Positions 20,261 to 29,970 of a stretch of DNA of 64,000 nucleotides are shown piece by piece (the first letter of the stretch is position 1; the number at the start of each line of letters is the position of its first letter). Location: the IMG/VR virus record IMGVR_UViG_3300027906_004086; one strand, given 5' to 3'. The notes beneath the pieces are model-generated. The model saw nothing but the letters and a program-made list of their open reading frames with translations. It did no database searches and was not told where the DNA came from. Both the position numbers and the translations under genes were made by a program. This DNA is from an uncultured virus (IMG/VR IMGVR_UViG_3300027906_004086) (taxonomy: Duplodnaviria; Heunggongvirae; Uroviricota; Caudoviricetes).

Positions 20261-21064
20261 ATGCCAGAAGGGCCAGAATGTAGAAGATATGCAATGGATC
20301 TTGCCGAAAGGGTCTCTAATCGCTCTTTGCTTTCTGTCGAGATGGTTAGCGGAAGATACACGAAAAAACCTCCAACTGGTATCGATAGCTTCACAACCCA
20401 TTTGCCATGTAAGATAGTAGGCGCCGGCGTTCATGGTAAGTTCATATACTGGATTTTGTCTGATGAGCTTTCTATATGGTCAACCTTGGGAATGACAGGA
20501 GCCTGGTCATCTCAAGAGACGAAGCATACGAGGGTCAAGTTTCATTTAGATGACGGTCCGGTATATTATAATGATCAACGTAACTTTGGGACACTCAAGT
20601 TTGTTAGGGGAAAGTTTCAATTGATCGAGAAGCTTAAATCGATGGGACCAGATATGCTAGCAGTAGATGTTACTGATGAAGATTTTATCGAGAGAATAAA
20701 GAAGAAGCCTGAGTGGCAAGTTACAAAAGCCCTAATGGATCAATCAATCGTAGCCGGCGTCGGAAACTATATCAAGTCCGATTCATTGTGGTTAGCTAGA
20801 ATATCGCCACTTAGGAAGGTTTCTGAATTGTCCGATGATGATCTTCGTAACCTCAACCGTTCTATTAAACAAGTAATGCGCGAGAGCTTCCAAGCTGGTG
20901 GCGCAACAATTCAAACCTACAAATCGTTTGATGGGTCTGAGGGAGACTACTCTCGAAAGTTTTTGGTATACAATCAAGAAAAAGATCCAGATGGAAATGA
21001 TGTTGTTAAGCAAACAACAGGTGATAAACGTTCAACATTTTGGGTACCAGGTATCCAACTATAA
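20261..21064 (+). CDS. Fpg/Nei DNA glycosylase/AP lyase, zinc-less finger
   Basis: N-terminal MPEGPE, HGKF, LGMTG, DQRNFG, H2TH LMDQSIVAGVGNYI; no C4 zinc finger. Confidence 0.93.
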   Translation: MPEGPECRRYAMDLAERVSNRSLLSVEMVSGRYTKKPPTGIDSFTTHLPCKIVGAGVHGKFIYWILSDELSIWSTLGMTGAWSSQETKHTRVKFHLDDGPVYYNDQRNFGTLKFVRGKFQLIEKLKSMGPDMLAVDVTDEDFIERIKKKPEWQVTKALMDQSIVAGVGNYIKSDSLWLARISPLRKVSELSDDDLRNLNRSIKQVMRESFQAGGATIQTYKSFDGSEGDYSRKFLVYNQEKDPDGNDVVKQTTGDKRSTFWVPGIQL

Positions 21065-21082
21065 TTTATAAAAGGAGCTAAG

Positions 21083-21301
21083 ATGAACAGCGTAAAATTT
21101 TCAGATGAAGTAATTGCTAAGGTAGCACAAGTATTGCAGGTTGCAATATTGTCTGGCACTGACATTGTAGACAACCTTCGTGCGATGAGACTGGTTGTAG
21201 AGGGGGATGAGCTAGTTTGTGATCCTGACTTCTTAGAAACATTTGAGCAAAATATCCAGACCATGATGGCAGAAGTTGCCCCTGGCGAATCTGGGGTGTA
21301 G
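21083..21301 (+). CDS. Hypothetical protein
   Basis: 72-aa ORF with AAGGAG RBS. Confidence 0.65.
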   Translation: MNSVKFSDEVIAKVAQVLQVAILSGTDIVDNLRAMRLVVEGDELVCDPDFLETFEQNIQTMMAEVAPGESGV

Positions 21302-21304
21302 CAC

Positions 21305-21688
21305 ATGTTTGAAGACGATGATAAACTAGATGCTATGTTTCGCATGCGCGAAAGCTTTATGACGGCACTTAAGGAAAAGAACCCTGCCGAGTATCCTTCA
21401 TGGCCAATTGATCTATCAGACAAGACGTCACAGCAGCATGCTCGTGATATGGCATTACGTGGGGTTGAGGAAATGTTTGAAGCGTTACAACACCTTAAGA
21501 ACTGGAAGCCTCACCGCGTTACTCAGGTAACTGACTTCGACCGATCAGAGTTTGTTGAAGAGGTCGTGGATGCTTTTAATTATTTTTTGTCTGTGCTAGT
21601 TCTAACCGGAGTAACTTCTGAAGAGCTATTTGAGATGTATAAAAAGAAAGACTCAATTATCCACGACAGACTGAACACGGGATACTAA
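21305..21688 (+). CDS. All-alpha (dimeric) dUTPase/dCTPase-like NTP pyrophosphatase
   Basis: EEMFEAL..LKNWKPH...EEVVDAFNY (ExxE...EExxD). Confidence 0.8.
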   Translation: MFEDDDKLDAMFRMRESFMTALKEKNPAEYPSWPIDLSDKTSQQHARDMALRGVEEMFEALQHLKNWKPHRVTQVTDFDRSEFVEEVVDAFNYFLSVLVLTGVTSEELFEMYKKKDSIIHDRLNTGY

Positions 21689-22498
21689 GTGTCAGAATCC
21701 GCTCACATTAGAAACTTGCTTCAAAAAAGCGTTGCCTCTAAGGTGCCAAAAATCAAGGTTACCGCCCCAAGCCCGTTAAGGTTTGGTGTCAAAGGCGCTT
21801 CGATACAGGTGATTGATTCTTTATGTGAAATGATTGAAGATGCTTTTTCTGGCACAACTGAGAAGAAAGTACTGGCAAAATATACATTTTATGCCGATGC
21901 CACAGAATCAATATTTTATTCAAATGTGGTAACGATTACTGATGATCTTCCGGTATACGCCGGCGATTTCTTTGAGGCATTCCCGGACTTATTCATTTCT
22001 ATCTTTGTATCAAATGATCACGTTTTTGGGTACCCACCACCGTCTGCAGATGCAGTTTATGTACATGATTCAGATGATGCAAATGATGTTGGTGAGATTG
22101 CTTTGCATGTGTATCTACCAAAAGAGTCCTCTGAGGCTATAACGTATATGAACGAAAATATGTTAGAGATTGCAGGGGTACTAAGTCATGAAATGCAGCA
22201 TGTCGTACAAAAGCTATGTTATGGTGAGAAACTAAGATCTACTGCAGGGGAGTCACTGTTAAAACATGCTTTTGATGGTAATGAGATCGATGCTAGGGTA
22301 GAAGAAGCAATTACCAACATGGGCCTTAATGTACCCGAAGATGACGAAAAGCTTTTTTTAGCTACACTTGATGTATGCCTAGATGAGTATCTTAAGCGAA
22401 ACTCGAAAGGTGATGACAACCTCCCCCCGAACATGAAGGATAAGATGTTATCTGAGCACCTTATCGTTTATAGGAATAAAATGAGAGATATTTTATGA
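21689..22498 (+). CDS. Hypothetical protein with zincin-like motif
   Basis: LSHEMQHVVQ plus downstream NEIDAR. Confidence 0.55.
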   Translation: MSESAHIRNLLQKSVASKVPKIKVTAPSPLRFGVKGASIQVIDSLCEMIEDAFSGTTEKKVLAKYTFYADATESIFYSNVVTITDDLPVYAGDFFEAFPDLFISIFVSNDHVFGYPPPSADAVYVHDSDDANDVGEIALHVYLPKESSEAITYMNENMLEIAGVLSHEMQHVVQKLCYGEKLRSTAGESLLKHAFDGNEIDARVEEAITNMGLNVPEDDEKLFLATLDVCLDEYLKRNSKGDDNLPPNMKDKMLSEHLIVYRNKMRDIL

Positions 22499-22734
22499 GT
22501 AATGCAGAAAATACACTAGTATCATTTATTTCAGACGCTAGGTGTTATGAATCTTGTCCGGAATTTGGAATGCAAGAATTAATAGTCTCTGCTGGAAACG
22601 TAGGGATACTGGTCTCTGAGTATTGCAAAGATCCGACTTTCGACGCCATGGCTTTCGAAGTGCTGGTCGGAGACAGAATTTTGTTTGATGTTGATAGAGA
22701 TACATTCAAAGAGTTAAAGGAAACGTTATGTTAA
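22495..22734 (+). CDS. Hypothetical protein
   Basis: 79-aa ORF with ATGA overlap. Confidence 0.5.
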   Translation: MSNAENTLVSFISDARCYESCPEFGMQELIVSAGNVGILVSEYCKDPTFDAMAFEVLVGDRILFDVDRDTFKELKETLC

Positions 22735-22955
22735 CAAAAGAGAACAAGCTTTTAAAAGCTACCTTAGCATACTATGAGGCACAACGCCTCGAAGCTATAG
22801 CATCACTTGAGGTATTTTTCGAAAACCCGGTAGGTGTTGCAGAACATTCAAATTTTCTAGAAGAGATTAAAAGGTGGACGTCCGCGTTGGCTGAAGCAGA
22901 AGAAAGTTTAACGACCCTAAAGAAAAACTTTCTTCCACCCACCCGAGGAAAATAG
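22728..22955 (+). CDS. Small phage protein
   Basis: NPVGVAEHS motif; AAGGA RBS. Confidence 0.6.
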   Translation: MLTKENKLLKATLAYYEAQRLEAIASLEVFFENPVGVAEHSNFLEEIKRWTSALAEAEESLTTLKKNFLPPTRGK

Positions 22956-23053
22956 ATCATATAAGTACTTTCTTTAGCAAAAAACGCCAAAACAAATTAT
23001 AGGTTATCGTATACCTATTAATATGGCGTCTGATTTTTGCTGGAGGTACGCAT

Positions 23054-25285
23054 GTGAAATCGCTATTTAACTTAACAATCGTTTCTCTTTTTATAGTCAC
23101 ATTATCATGTTCAGATGAGGACAAGCTTTTTCCAGTCTGCCCACAGGCCGGACAGCAGTTAAGTTGTATAGTATCAGACGACGGAACGATCCTCACCCAA
23201 GGTGCAGGTCAAATGATTCCGGATGAGTTTACCGAACAAGGTAATTGTCGTTTCGGCGTAACTTCATGTACCCAAAATGTAAATGATGATGGCACCGTCA
23301 CCGGATACACTGTTATTTGTGAAGGTCATATCCCACCTTCCATCGAGACATGTGATAGTCATGACAACGATTGTGATGGCCTAGTTGACGAAGACTTTGA
23401 TAGGGATAACGACGGCTACACACAGTGCGACTCCCGAGGCCATGACTGTTGGGATATTCCGGATATGCCACCCCAAGGAATGGAAGGCCTAGAACCTTTC
23501 CGCGCTGCACAGTTTAATCCAGCTGCAGAAGAAGTTTGTGATGGTTATGATAATAACTGCAATTGCTGGAATCGCACCACCGGTATGGATTCAAACCAGG
23601 ATGGTCTTTCGTGTGCATGCTCGCCTGATCCGGACTGCTACGGCAACAATTGCTGTGATGAAGGGATTGATGAAGATATTTCGAATTTGCCTTGCTTCGA
23701 TGGTGATCCTTCTGCTGTACTAGATAAGGATTCCCCTTGCGGGCTTGGCAAAAGATCATGTAACAATGGATCTTGGGGTGAGTGCGTCGGGCAGAGCATG
23801 CCGGAAATCGAAGTTTGTAATGGTATTGATGATGACTGCGATGGCGAGATTGATAACAATATAGAGACTGGCCTTTGTGGTTATAATGAAGTTGGTATAT
23901 GCCATTATGGAAATGATATGTGTATGCCAGACTCTGCAGAGATGATGTGTGTTGGAGCTTCATATCCCCAAAATGAAGCATGTAATAACCTAGACGACGA
24001 CTGCGATGGGCAGGTAGACGAAGATTTATGGGATTTATGTGAATCAGTGTGTGGGCAGGGCGTTGCAATGTGCCATGAGGGTAACTGGATAAACTGTACA
24101 GCACCACAACCTTCACCCGAGATCTGTGACGGTATTGATAATGATTGTGACACTTTTGTTGATGACGCTGATCCTGATTTAGAATCTTGCACGTGCCAAG
24201 AGGATGATACACAGTTTTGTACCTCACCCTTGCCAATGTTGGATCCAATAACAAACCTACCAGCCGAGGCTCCATATAATGCATGCGGGGTTGGTATTCA
24301 ATATTGTGAGCCTGGAGGGGAGTGGGGACCCTGCTTCTTTTTCTCTCCCGTAGAACCTGAAACATGTAATAATTGGGATGATGATTGTGATGGGCAGATT
24401 GACGGCATGATCGATTCATGTTGGACAAACCCAAATCAAGCGATTGTACCCACAGAACAAGGCGAATGCAGTTTGGGCTCCTCGACTTGCGTCGCAGGTA
24501 CCTGGGGTGGGTATGATGATCAAAATAATTTTATTGCTGGATTGTGTGAAGGTGAAGCCTGGCCGACAGAGGAAGTTTGCGACAACCTTGATAATGACTG
24601 CGACGGCCTAGTCGACGAAGACTTAAATCCGCATGAAAAAGTTGACATGGTATTTTTAATTGATGGTTCTGGATCTATGAATCAGGTCATTAATAATCTT
24701 AGGCAAGCGATGGCTACATATGCCAATGACTTTACCAATGCTGAATGCCCGGCAGGATCCGGCCAAGAGTGTCATAGGTTTGCAGTACTAATATTCCCAG
24801 GCCATGATCAGTTTAGTTGCGATGATGGCCCTGCATACGTGCCATTGACAAATAACGGTAATGGTGCGCTGGTCGAAGTCGCAGAGTTCCAGGCGGCTCT
24901 CGCTGGTACGCCTCAAGTTTGTGCGGACGAGCCCAGTTTAGACGTTGCATATGAAGTAATGGATCCAATAGATCCAGCCCAAATTGGATTCCGGCCGGAT
25001 GCATATCCTTATATTATAATGGTAACAGACGAAGGTGCACAGTCATGGACTGACGTTACTGATGCAGATGTTGGTGGAAGGTCATCCTCCTGCACCGTTG
25101 GTATATGTGGGCCAGGTGATCCATATGAAGTGTATGTTATAACGGAACCAAATTATTACATGCAATGGGACCTAACGACGTTAGGCGACCCAAATCGCCG
25201 AAAGAACCTCCAAGCCTTTCAGCAATCAGTTGCTCAAGGTATCGCAATCCTTCAAGAGATTTTTCAAAATGTCTGCCTTCCGTAA
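23054..25285 (+). CDS. Cys/Asp-rich repeat (MopE-like metal-binding motif) lipoprotein with C-terminal vWA domain
   Basis: Lipobox-like TLSC; seven E-x-C-[DN]-x-x-D-[ND]-[DN]-C repeats; VDMVFLIDGSGSM (MIDAS DxSxS) and VTDE. Confidence 0.8.
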   Translation: MKSLFNLTIVSLFIVTLSCSDEDKLFPVCPQAGQQLSCIVSDDGTILTQGAGQMIPDEFTEQGNCRFGVTSCTQNVNDDGTVTGYTVICEGHIPPSIETCDSHDNDCDGLVDEDFDRDNDGYTQCDSRGHDCWDIPDMPPQGMEGLEPFRAAQFNPAAEEVCDGYDNNCNCWNRTTGMDSNQDGLSCACSPDPDCYGNNCCDEGIDEDISNLPCFDGDPSAVLDKDSPCGLGKRSCNNGSWGECVGQSMPEIEVCNGIDDDCDGEIDNNIETGLCGYNEVGICHYGNDMCMPDSAEMMCVGASYPQNEACNNLDDDCDGQVDEDLWDLCESVCGQGVAMCHEGNWINCTAPQPSPEICDGIDNDCDTFVDDADPDLESCTCQEDDTQFCTSPLPMLDPITNLPAEAPYNACGVGIQYCEPGGEWGPCFFFSPVEPETCNNWDDDCDGQIDGMIDSCWTNPNQAIVPTEQGECSLGSSTCVAGTWGGYDDQNNFIAGLCEGEAWPTEEVCDNLDNDCDGLVDEDLNPHEKVDMVFLIDGSGSMNQVINNLRQAMATYANDFTNAECPAGSGQECHRFAVLIFPGHDQFSCDDGPAYVPLTNNGNGALVEVAEFQAALAGTPQVCADEPSLDVAYEVMDPIDPAQIGFRPDAYPYIIMVTDEGAQSWTDVTDADVGGRSSSCTVGICGPGDPYEVYVITEPNYYMQWDLTTLGDPNRRKNLQAFQQSVAQGIAILQEIFQNVCLP

Positions 25286-25302
25286 TATTTTTTAGCATGT
25301 AC

Positions 25303-25331
25303 GTGTAAATTGTCTTTAGCTGTGGTATAAT
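25303..25331 (+). promoter_or_regulatory. Promoter GTGTAA-N17-TATAAT with extended -10 (TGG)
   Basis: Intergenic, upstream of dnaE. Confidence 0.75.
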
Positions 25332-25369
25332 AATCATATATTGCGGCAATATTAGACAAGGATGCGTAT

Positions 25370-28300
25370 ATGACAAAGACACCAAAACGGTTTACTTCAC
25401 TTCATGCCCATGATGGGTTTTCGACTTTCGACGGCATGGGGTACCCACAAGAACACATTGATTTTGTAAAGCAAAACAACCAGGACTCCTGGTGTCTTAC
25501 TAATCATGGTCATATGAATAGTTTCGCCCATGCTTATCTTCATGTTGAAAAGATGCGTAAAGCCGGCGAAAACTTTAAGTTCATTCCTGGTTGCGAGATG
25601 TATGTACATCCTGATCTTAATGCCTGGAAACTAGATTATGAGATTCAAAGAGCAGCTAAGAAAGGTGACAAAGACGCGCTTCATAAGCTCCGGGCGGAGC
25701 GTGAGGCCTTAATAACTCCCTTGTTAGCTCATACAGACACAGACGATGAGACCATTAATATTACTAAAGTTGATGCCGGTGTTACTGTCGAGAATGAAGA
25801 GGAAACAAAGTCTGGTAAATTCTATGATCCAGTGAGGCGACGTCATCATCTAGTAGTACTTCCAAAGACATCCATTGGTCTACAAAGGCTTTTCCACTTA
25901 GTGTCTAGAGGGTACAAGGAGGGCTTCTATAGGTTTCCGCGTGTAGACTATAGTATGCTTAAAGAGGCGGCCGAGGGAGGTCATCTCATGATTTCTACCG
26001 CATGTTTAGGCGGCCCACTTTGCTATGAGGTTTTCCGCCACGTTCAACAGGTAGAATTTGAGGACTTGAATGCAAAGCTGCTTGATGATCCATCCCTTAT
26101 GAATAAGGTTCAAGCCAGTATCGGTAACGCATATGACTGTCTAACAGATGCAGTCGGTGTTGGGAATGCAAAGCTAGAGATTCAATTTAATAAGCTGCCG
26201 GCCCAAAACCTAGTTAACAGGGCCATTATTGAATATGCACGTAACGAAAATCTCGTTGACCAGCTTGTGGTCACCTGCGATTCTCACTACGCACACCCCG
26301 ACCACTGGAAAGAACGCGAAATCTATAAGAAGTTAGGTTGGCTAAACTACAAGGATTTTGATCCTGCCTCTCTTCCACAATCCCGTGATGATCTTAAATG
26401 TGAGCTATATCCCAAGAGCGCCGAACAGGTTTGGGATACGTATAACGAGATTAAAAAAGGTTGCGATTGGTATGATGATGATCTAGTCCACGGGGCCATT
26501 GAAAGAACACATGACATTGTGCACCATGAGATCGGGGACGTACATCCGGATAGAAGTGTTAAGCTTCCGAACTATGTTGTTCCAGCAGAACTAACCGAAG
26601 ACAAAGCCTTACTCGAGGCGTGCAAAAAAGGATTGGTTAGGAGAGGTCTCGAAACCAAGCCCGAATATATTGAACGTCTAAAGGTAGAGTTACGTATTAT
26701 TAAGGACAAGAAGTTCAGCAAATACTTCCTAACCATGAAGGCCATCTTTGATATTGCACGTAAGCATATGCTAGTAGGGCCAGGAAGAGGTTCTGGTGCA
26801 GGGTCCTTGGTTAACTATGTATTGTATATTACCGATGTGGATCCATTGGAATATGGGCTTCTGTTTGAACGCTTCTTATCCCGTTACCGCGAAGAGTATC
26901 CGGATATTGATAGTGACGTGGCGGATCGAGATCTATTGATTGATCTTATGAAGACGGAGTTTGGTAAAGAGAATATCGTACCTATCTCGAATTATAACAC
27001 GTTTAAGCTCAAGTCGCTGGTCAAGGATATTTCGCGTTTTTACGGGATTCCATTCGACGAAGTAAACCGGGCTCTAGGGCCTGTTGAGTCTGATGTAAAG
27101 CGTGCTGTCTTTAAGAAGGGGACAGACAAAAACCTGTTTACGCTGCTATATGAAGATGCGATTGAACACAGCCCAACTTTCAAGGCTTTTATTGACAAGT
27201 ATCCTGAGGTGGCTGAACCTATTAATATCTTGTTTAAGCAGAACAAGTCACTGGGCCGCCATGCCGGTGGGGTTATCGTATCCGAGAATATTGAAGAACG
27301 AATGCCGGTGATTATGGCTAAAGGTGAGGTTCAAACTCCATGGGTTGAAGGGATGCACTATAAGCATCTTGAGGAGTTCGGCTGGATTAAGTTTGACCTC
27401 TTGGGCCTTGAGACCCTCCGTATTGTCCAGCGAAGCATTGAGCTAATTCTTGCGCGCCATGAAGGCATTGAAGCCCCAACATTCAATGATGTCAAGGATT
27501 GGTTTGATAGCCACCTTGATCCAAAGGTTATTGATTTTGATGACCAGAATGTGTATGAGCGGGTTTACCACTCTGGACGATGGGGAGGGATCTTCCAAGC
27601 GACCCAGAAGGGTGCCCAGCGATTCTTTGAACAAGGCAAGCCTAGAAGTATTGTTGATATTGCGACCCTAACTAGTATCTATCGTCCCGGGCCGCTCTCC
27701 GCTGGCGTTCATAAAATTTACTTAGGTTCGAAGGCGAATCCGGAGAGTGTTGACTACCAACACCCCCTTATTAAAAAGGTGCTTAAAAGTACATACGGCG
27801 CTATTATTTTCCAAGAGCAAGTAATGGAACTGTGTAACGTCGTTGCCGGGTTCCCGCAGGAAGACTGCGATATGATCCGCCGTACCATCATGAAGAGATC
27901 CGCCTCCAAGGCAGATGCGATGAAGAAGCAAGCCCAAGAACTTAAGGAGAGGTTTGTTGCCGGATGTGTCGAGAATGGTGTGAAACAAAGAGTGGCAGAT
28001 GAACTATATGAAAAGATTCTATTCTTCTCAGGCTATGGGTTCAATAAGTCTCACGCCGTCAGCTATGCCATCGATTCATATTATTGTGCATGGTTAATGA
28101 CCCACTATGAAGAAGAGTGGTTGTGTGCATACCTTGAGTCCATGTCAGGTAATCCGGATAAGCGTAAGAAAGCCTTCGGTGAGATCAAAAAGTTAGGCTA
28201 TAAGATTGTTCCTATCGATATCAATCATGCTGATAAGACTTGGACGATTCTTGAAGGTAAGAAGTTTATGCCAAGCTTTCTATCTTGCAAAGGGATCGGG

Positions 28301-28972
28301 GAGTCTGCAATCGAGGAGCTGGTTGCCAACCGGCCATATAATTCAGTTGATGACTTGCTTTATAATCCAGACGGCAGTTGGAAACACTCAAAGTTCAACA
28401 AGCGCGCTCTTGAGAGCCTCATCCGGATTCGGGCCATGGGCTCGCTAGACATTGTCGGGGAAGATAAAGAGTTTTCTAGTTATAAGCAACTTCATGAAGT
28501 CTTGATTGGTCATAATGCTAATATCAAGAAGTGGACCAAGAAGGATCCTGATCGGGGCCGAAACAATTATCGTGAAGCTATGCTCGAGACCGCCGGTATG
28601 GAGGAGTGGTCTAGAAAAGAGATGGCTCAAAACAGTATTAGTTTGCTTGGTAACTTTAATGCTATGGCTTTGGTTCCTGAGATTCTCCAAAATAAATTTG
28701 ATGAAAAGGGTATTAAGTCAATCGATGAACATGATGGTAACAAGGATCTTTATTGGTTCGTGATTACTGATACTAAACCAAAGCTTACTAAGAATAAGAA
28801 GCCATACCTGTTGCTTACAACCGTAGGTGTCTCCGGCAGAAATGAAAGAATGTTTTTGTGGGGCTGGAAGCCAGATACAGAAGTGCACCCATATACTGTA
28901 TGTGTGGCTGAAGTTGACAAGAATGAGTACGGCTGCTCAACGAGGATTAGTAAATTTAAGGTCTTAAACTAG
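25370..28972 (+). CDS. dnaE: DNA polymerase III alpha subunit (family C)
   Basis: PHP motifs LHAH, GCEMY, DSHY; GPGRGSGAGSLV, LLFERFL, PDIDSD, RHAGGV, KFDLLGL, YGFNKSHA. Confidence 0.97.
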   Translation: MTKTPKRFTSLHAHDGFSTFDGMGYPQEHIDFVKQNNQDSWCLTNHGHMNSFAHAYLHVEKMRKAGENFKFIPGCEMYVHPDLNAWKLDYEIQRAAKKGDKDALHKLRAEREALITPLLAHTDTDDETINITKVDAGVTVENEEETKSGKFYDPVRRRHHLVVLPKTSIGLQRLFHLVSRGYKEGFYRFPRVDYSMLKEAAEGGHLMISTACLGGPLCYEVFRHVQQVEFEDLNAKLLDDPSLMNKVQASIGNAYDCLTDAVGVGNAKLEIQFNKLPAQNLVNRAIIEYARNENLVDQLVVTCDSHYAHPDHWKEREIYKKLGWLNYKDFDPASLPQSRDDLKCELYPKSAEQVWDTYNEIKKGCDWYDDDLVHGAIERTHDIVHHEIGDVHPDRSVKLPNYVVPAELTEDKALLEACKKGLVRRGLETKPEYIERLKVELRIIKDKKFSKYFLTMKAIFDIARKHMLVGPGRGSGAGSLVNYVLYITDVDPLEYGLLFERFLSRYREEYPDIDSDVADRDLLIDLMKTEFGKENIVPISNYNTFKLKSLVKDISRFYGIPFDEVNRALGPVESDVKRAVFKKGTDKNLFTLLYEDAIEHSPTFKAFIDKYPEVAEPINILFKQNKSLGRHAGGVIVSENIEERMPVIMAKGEVQTPWVEGMHYKHLEEFGWIKFDLLGLETLRIVQRSIELILARHEGIEAPTFNDVKDWFDSHLDPKVIDFDDQNVYERVYHSGRWGGIFQATQKGAQRFFEQGKPRSIVDIATLTSIYRPGPLSAGVHKIYLGSKANPESVDYQHPLIKKVLKSTYGAIIFQEQVMELCNVVAGFPQEDCDMIRRTIMKRSASKADAMKKQAQELKERFVAGCVENGVKQRVADELYEKILFFSGYGFNKSHAVSYAIDSYYCAWLMTHYEEEWLCAYLESMSGNPDKRKKAFGEIKKLGYKIVPIDINHADKTWTILEGKKFMPSFLSCKGIGESAIEELVANRPYNSVDDLLYNPDGSWKHSKFNKRALESLIRIRAMGSLDIVGEDKEFSSYKQLHEVLIGHNANIKKWTKKDPDRGRNNYREAMLETAGMEEWSRKEMAQNSISLLGNFNAMALVPEILQNKFDEKGIKSIDEHDGNKDLYWFVITDTKPKLTKNKKPYLLLTTVGVSGRNERMFLWGWKPDTEVHPYTVCVAEVDKNEYGCSTRISKFKVLN

Positions 28973-28981
28973 GAGCAAACA

Positions 28982-29161
28982 ATGATGGGTAATTACTATG
29001 GAGAAGATTCTCCTTCTAAGCTAATAATGCAAACACAGAAAATTCATCAAGACATGATGGACATCTATAATGAGCAAGTTCGAGCTCTACAAATCAAGGT
29101 TGCATTACTTGAAGATGAAAATCAAAAACTTAAGGTTAGGCTACGTAGCTATGAAGGTTAA
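28982..29161 (+). CDS. Small coiled-coil protein (59 aa, not in the ORF track)
   Basis: MMGNYYGEDSP...LRSYEG*, AGGAG RBS. Confidence 0.55.
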   Translation: MMGNYYGEDSPSKLIMQTQKIHQDMMDIYNEQVRALQIKVALLEDENQKLKVRLRSYEG

Positions 29162-29420
29162 TGCTTTTGAATGCCCAAAGTGTGCGGCAATCGTTTTTTC
29201 TAGGACCCGTCATGACTATCGTTGGTGTCCATGCAAGACGATTGCAGTAGATGGTGGCCTAGAATATTCTAGGGTTGTATACAAAGATAAGTTCCCTGAG
29301 TCTCGAGAAATTGAAGTCGATGCCTCCAAAGAACAGCTCTATGAAGACTGGAATCACCATAGCGATAAGTTTGGTATTATTGTGTCTGCCAAAGATACAA
29401 TCGGCAAAAATCATGTATAG
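29151..29420 (+). CDS. Small zinc-binding phage protein
   Basis: CPKC...SRTRHDYRWCPC..IAVDGG. Confidence 0.7.
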   Translation: MKVNAFECPKCAAIVFSRTRHDYRWCPCKTIAVDGGLEYSRVVYKDKFPESREIEVDASKEQLYEDWNHHSDKFGIIVSAKDTIGKNHV

Positions 29421-29438
29421 TAATCAAAGAGGTTTTTA

Positions 29439-29969
29439 ATGAATTATAAACAGAGAATAGTTATTTTTGAGGGTCCGGATGGGTGTGGAAAGACGAACAT
29501 ATCCCAAGCGTTATCCGAGTCAGCTGAGATACCATATTTTAAAAATAAGGATGAGTGGAAAAACTTTGTCAATGATCCCTCTTATTTCGTGAATGCGCTA
29601 ACTTACGGTGATCCTTATTTTCTATCATACCTTGAGCAAACGAAGTCTAGCGTGATCGTTGATCGGTGGTATCCATCTGAATGGGTATACTCTAGGGTTT
29701 TTGATAGGCCTACTAGCCCAACTGTACTAAGAAAAATTGATCATCGAGCCGCCTCTTTGGGGGCGAAGATTATTATTCCTTATCGTACTTCATATGATAA
29801 TGTTGTCGATCAATTTGAAGATGTAATTACTCCAAATATCCTTCGTGCCGTTGATGGACTGTACAGGGAATTTGCGGAGTGGACCGAATGTGATACTTTG
29901 TTGTTGAATGTCGATGATGAAGACCTAAGTAGAGAATTGTCAGAAGTTATAACTTTTTTGAGGTATTAG
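29439..29969 (+). CDS. dNMP (thymidylate-type) kinase
   Basis: FEGPDGCGKT P-loop, VDRWYPSEWVY. Confidence 0.85.
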   Translation: MNYKQRIVIFEGPDGCGKTNISQALSESAEIPYFKNKDEWKNFVNDPSYFVNALTYGDPYFLSYLEQTKSSVIVDRWYPSEWVYSRVFDRPTSPTVLRKIDHRAASLGAKIIIPYRTSYDNVVDQFEDVITPNILRAVDGLYREFAEWTECDTLLLNVDDEDLSRELSEVITFLRY

Positions 29970-29970
29970 A

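Noticed and set aside
8849..24434. Long antisense ORFs (e.g. 8849..9595, 23514..24434)
   Set aside because: Shadow ORFs of biased + strand genes; no RBS or recognisable motifs
25370..28972. Intein or intron in dnaE
   Set aside because: Continuous 1200-aa ORF with no splicing or homing-endonuclease motifs
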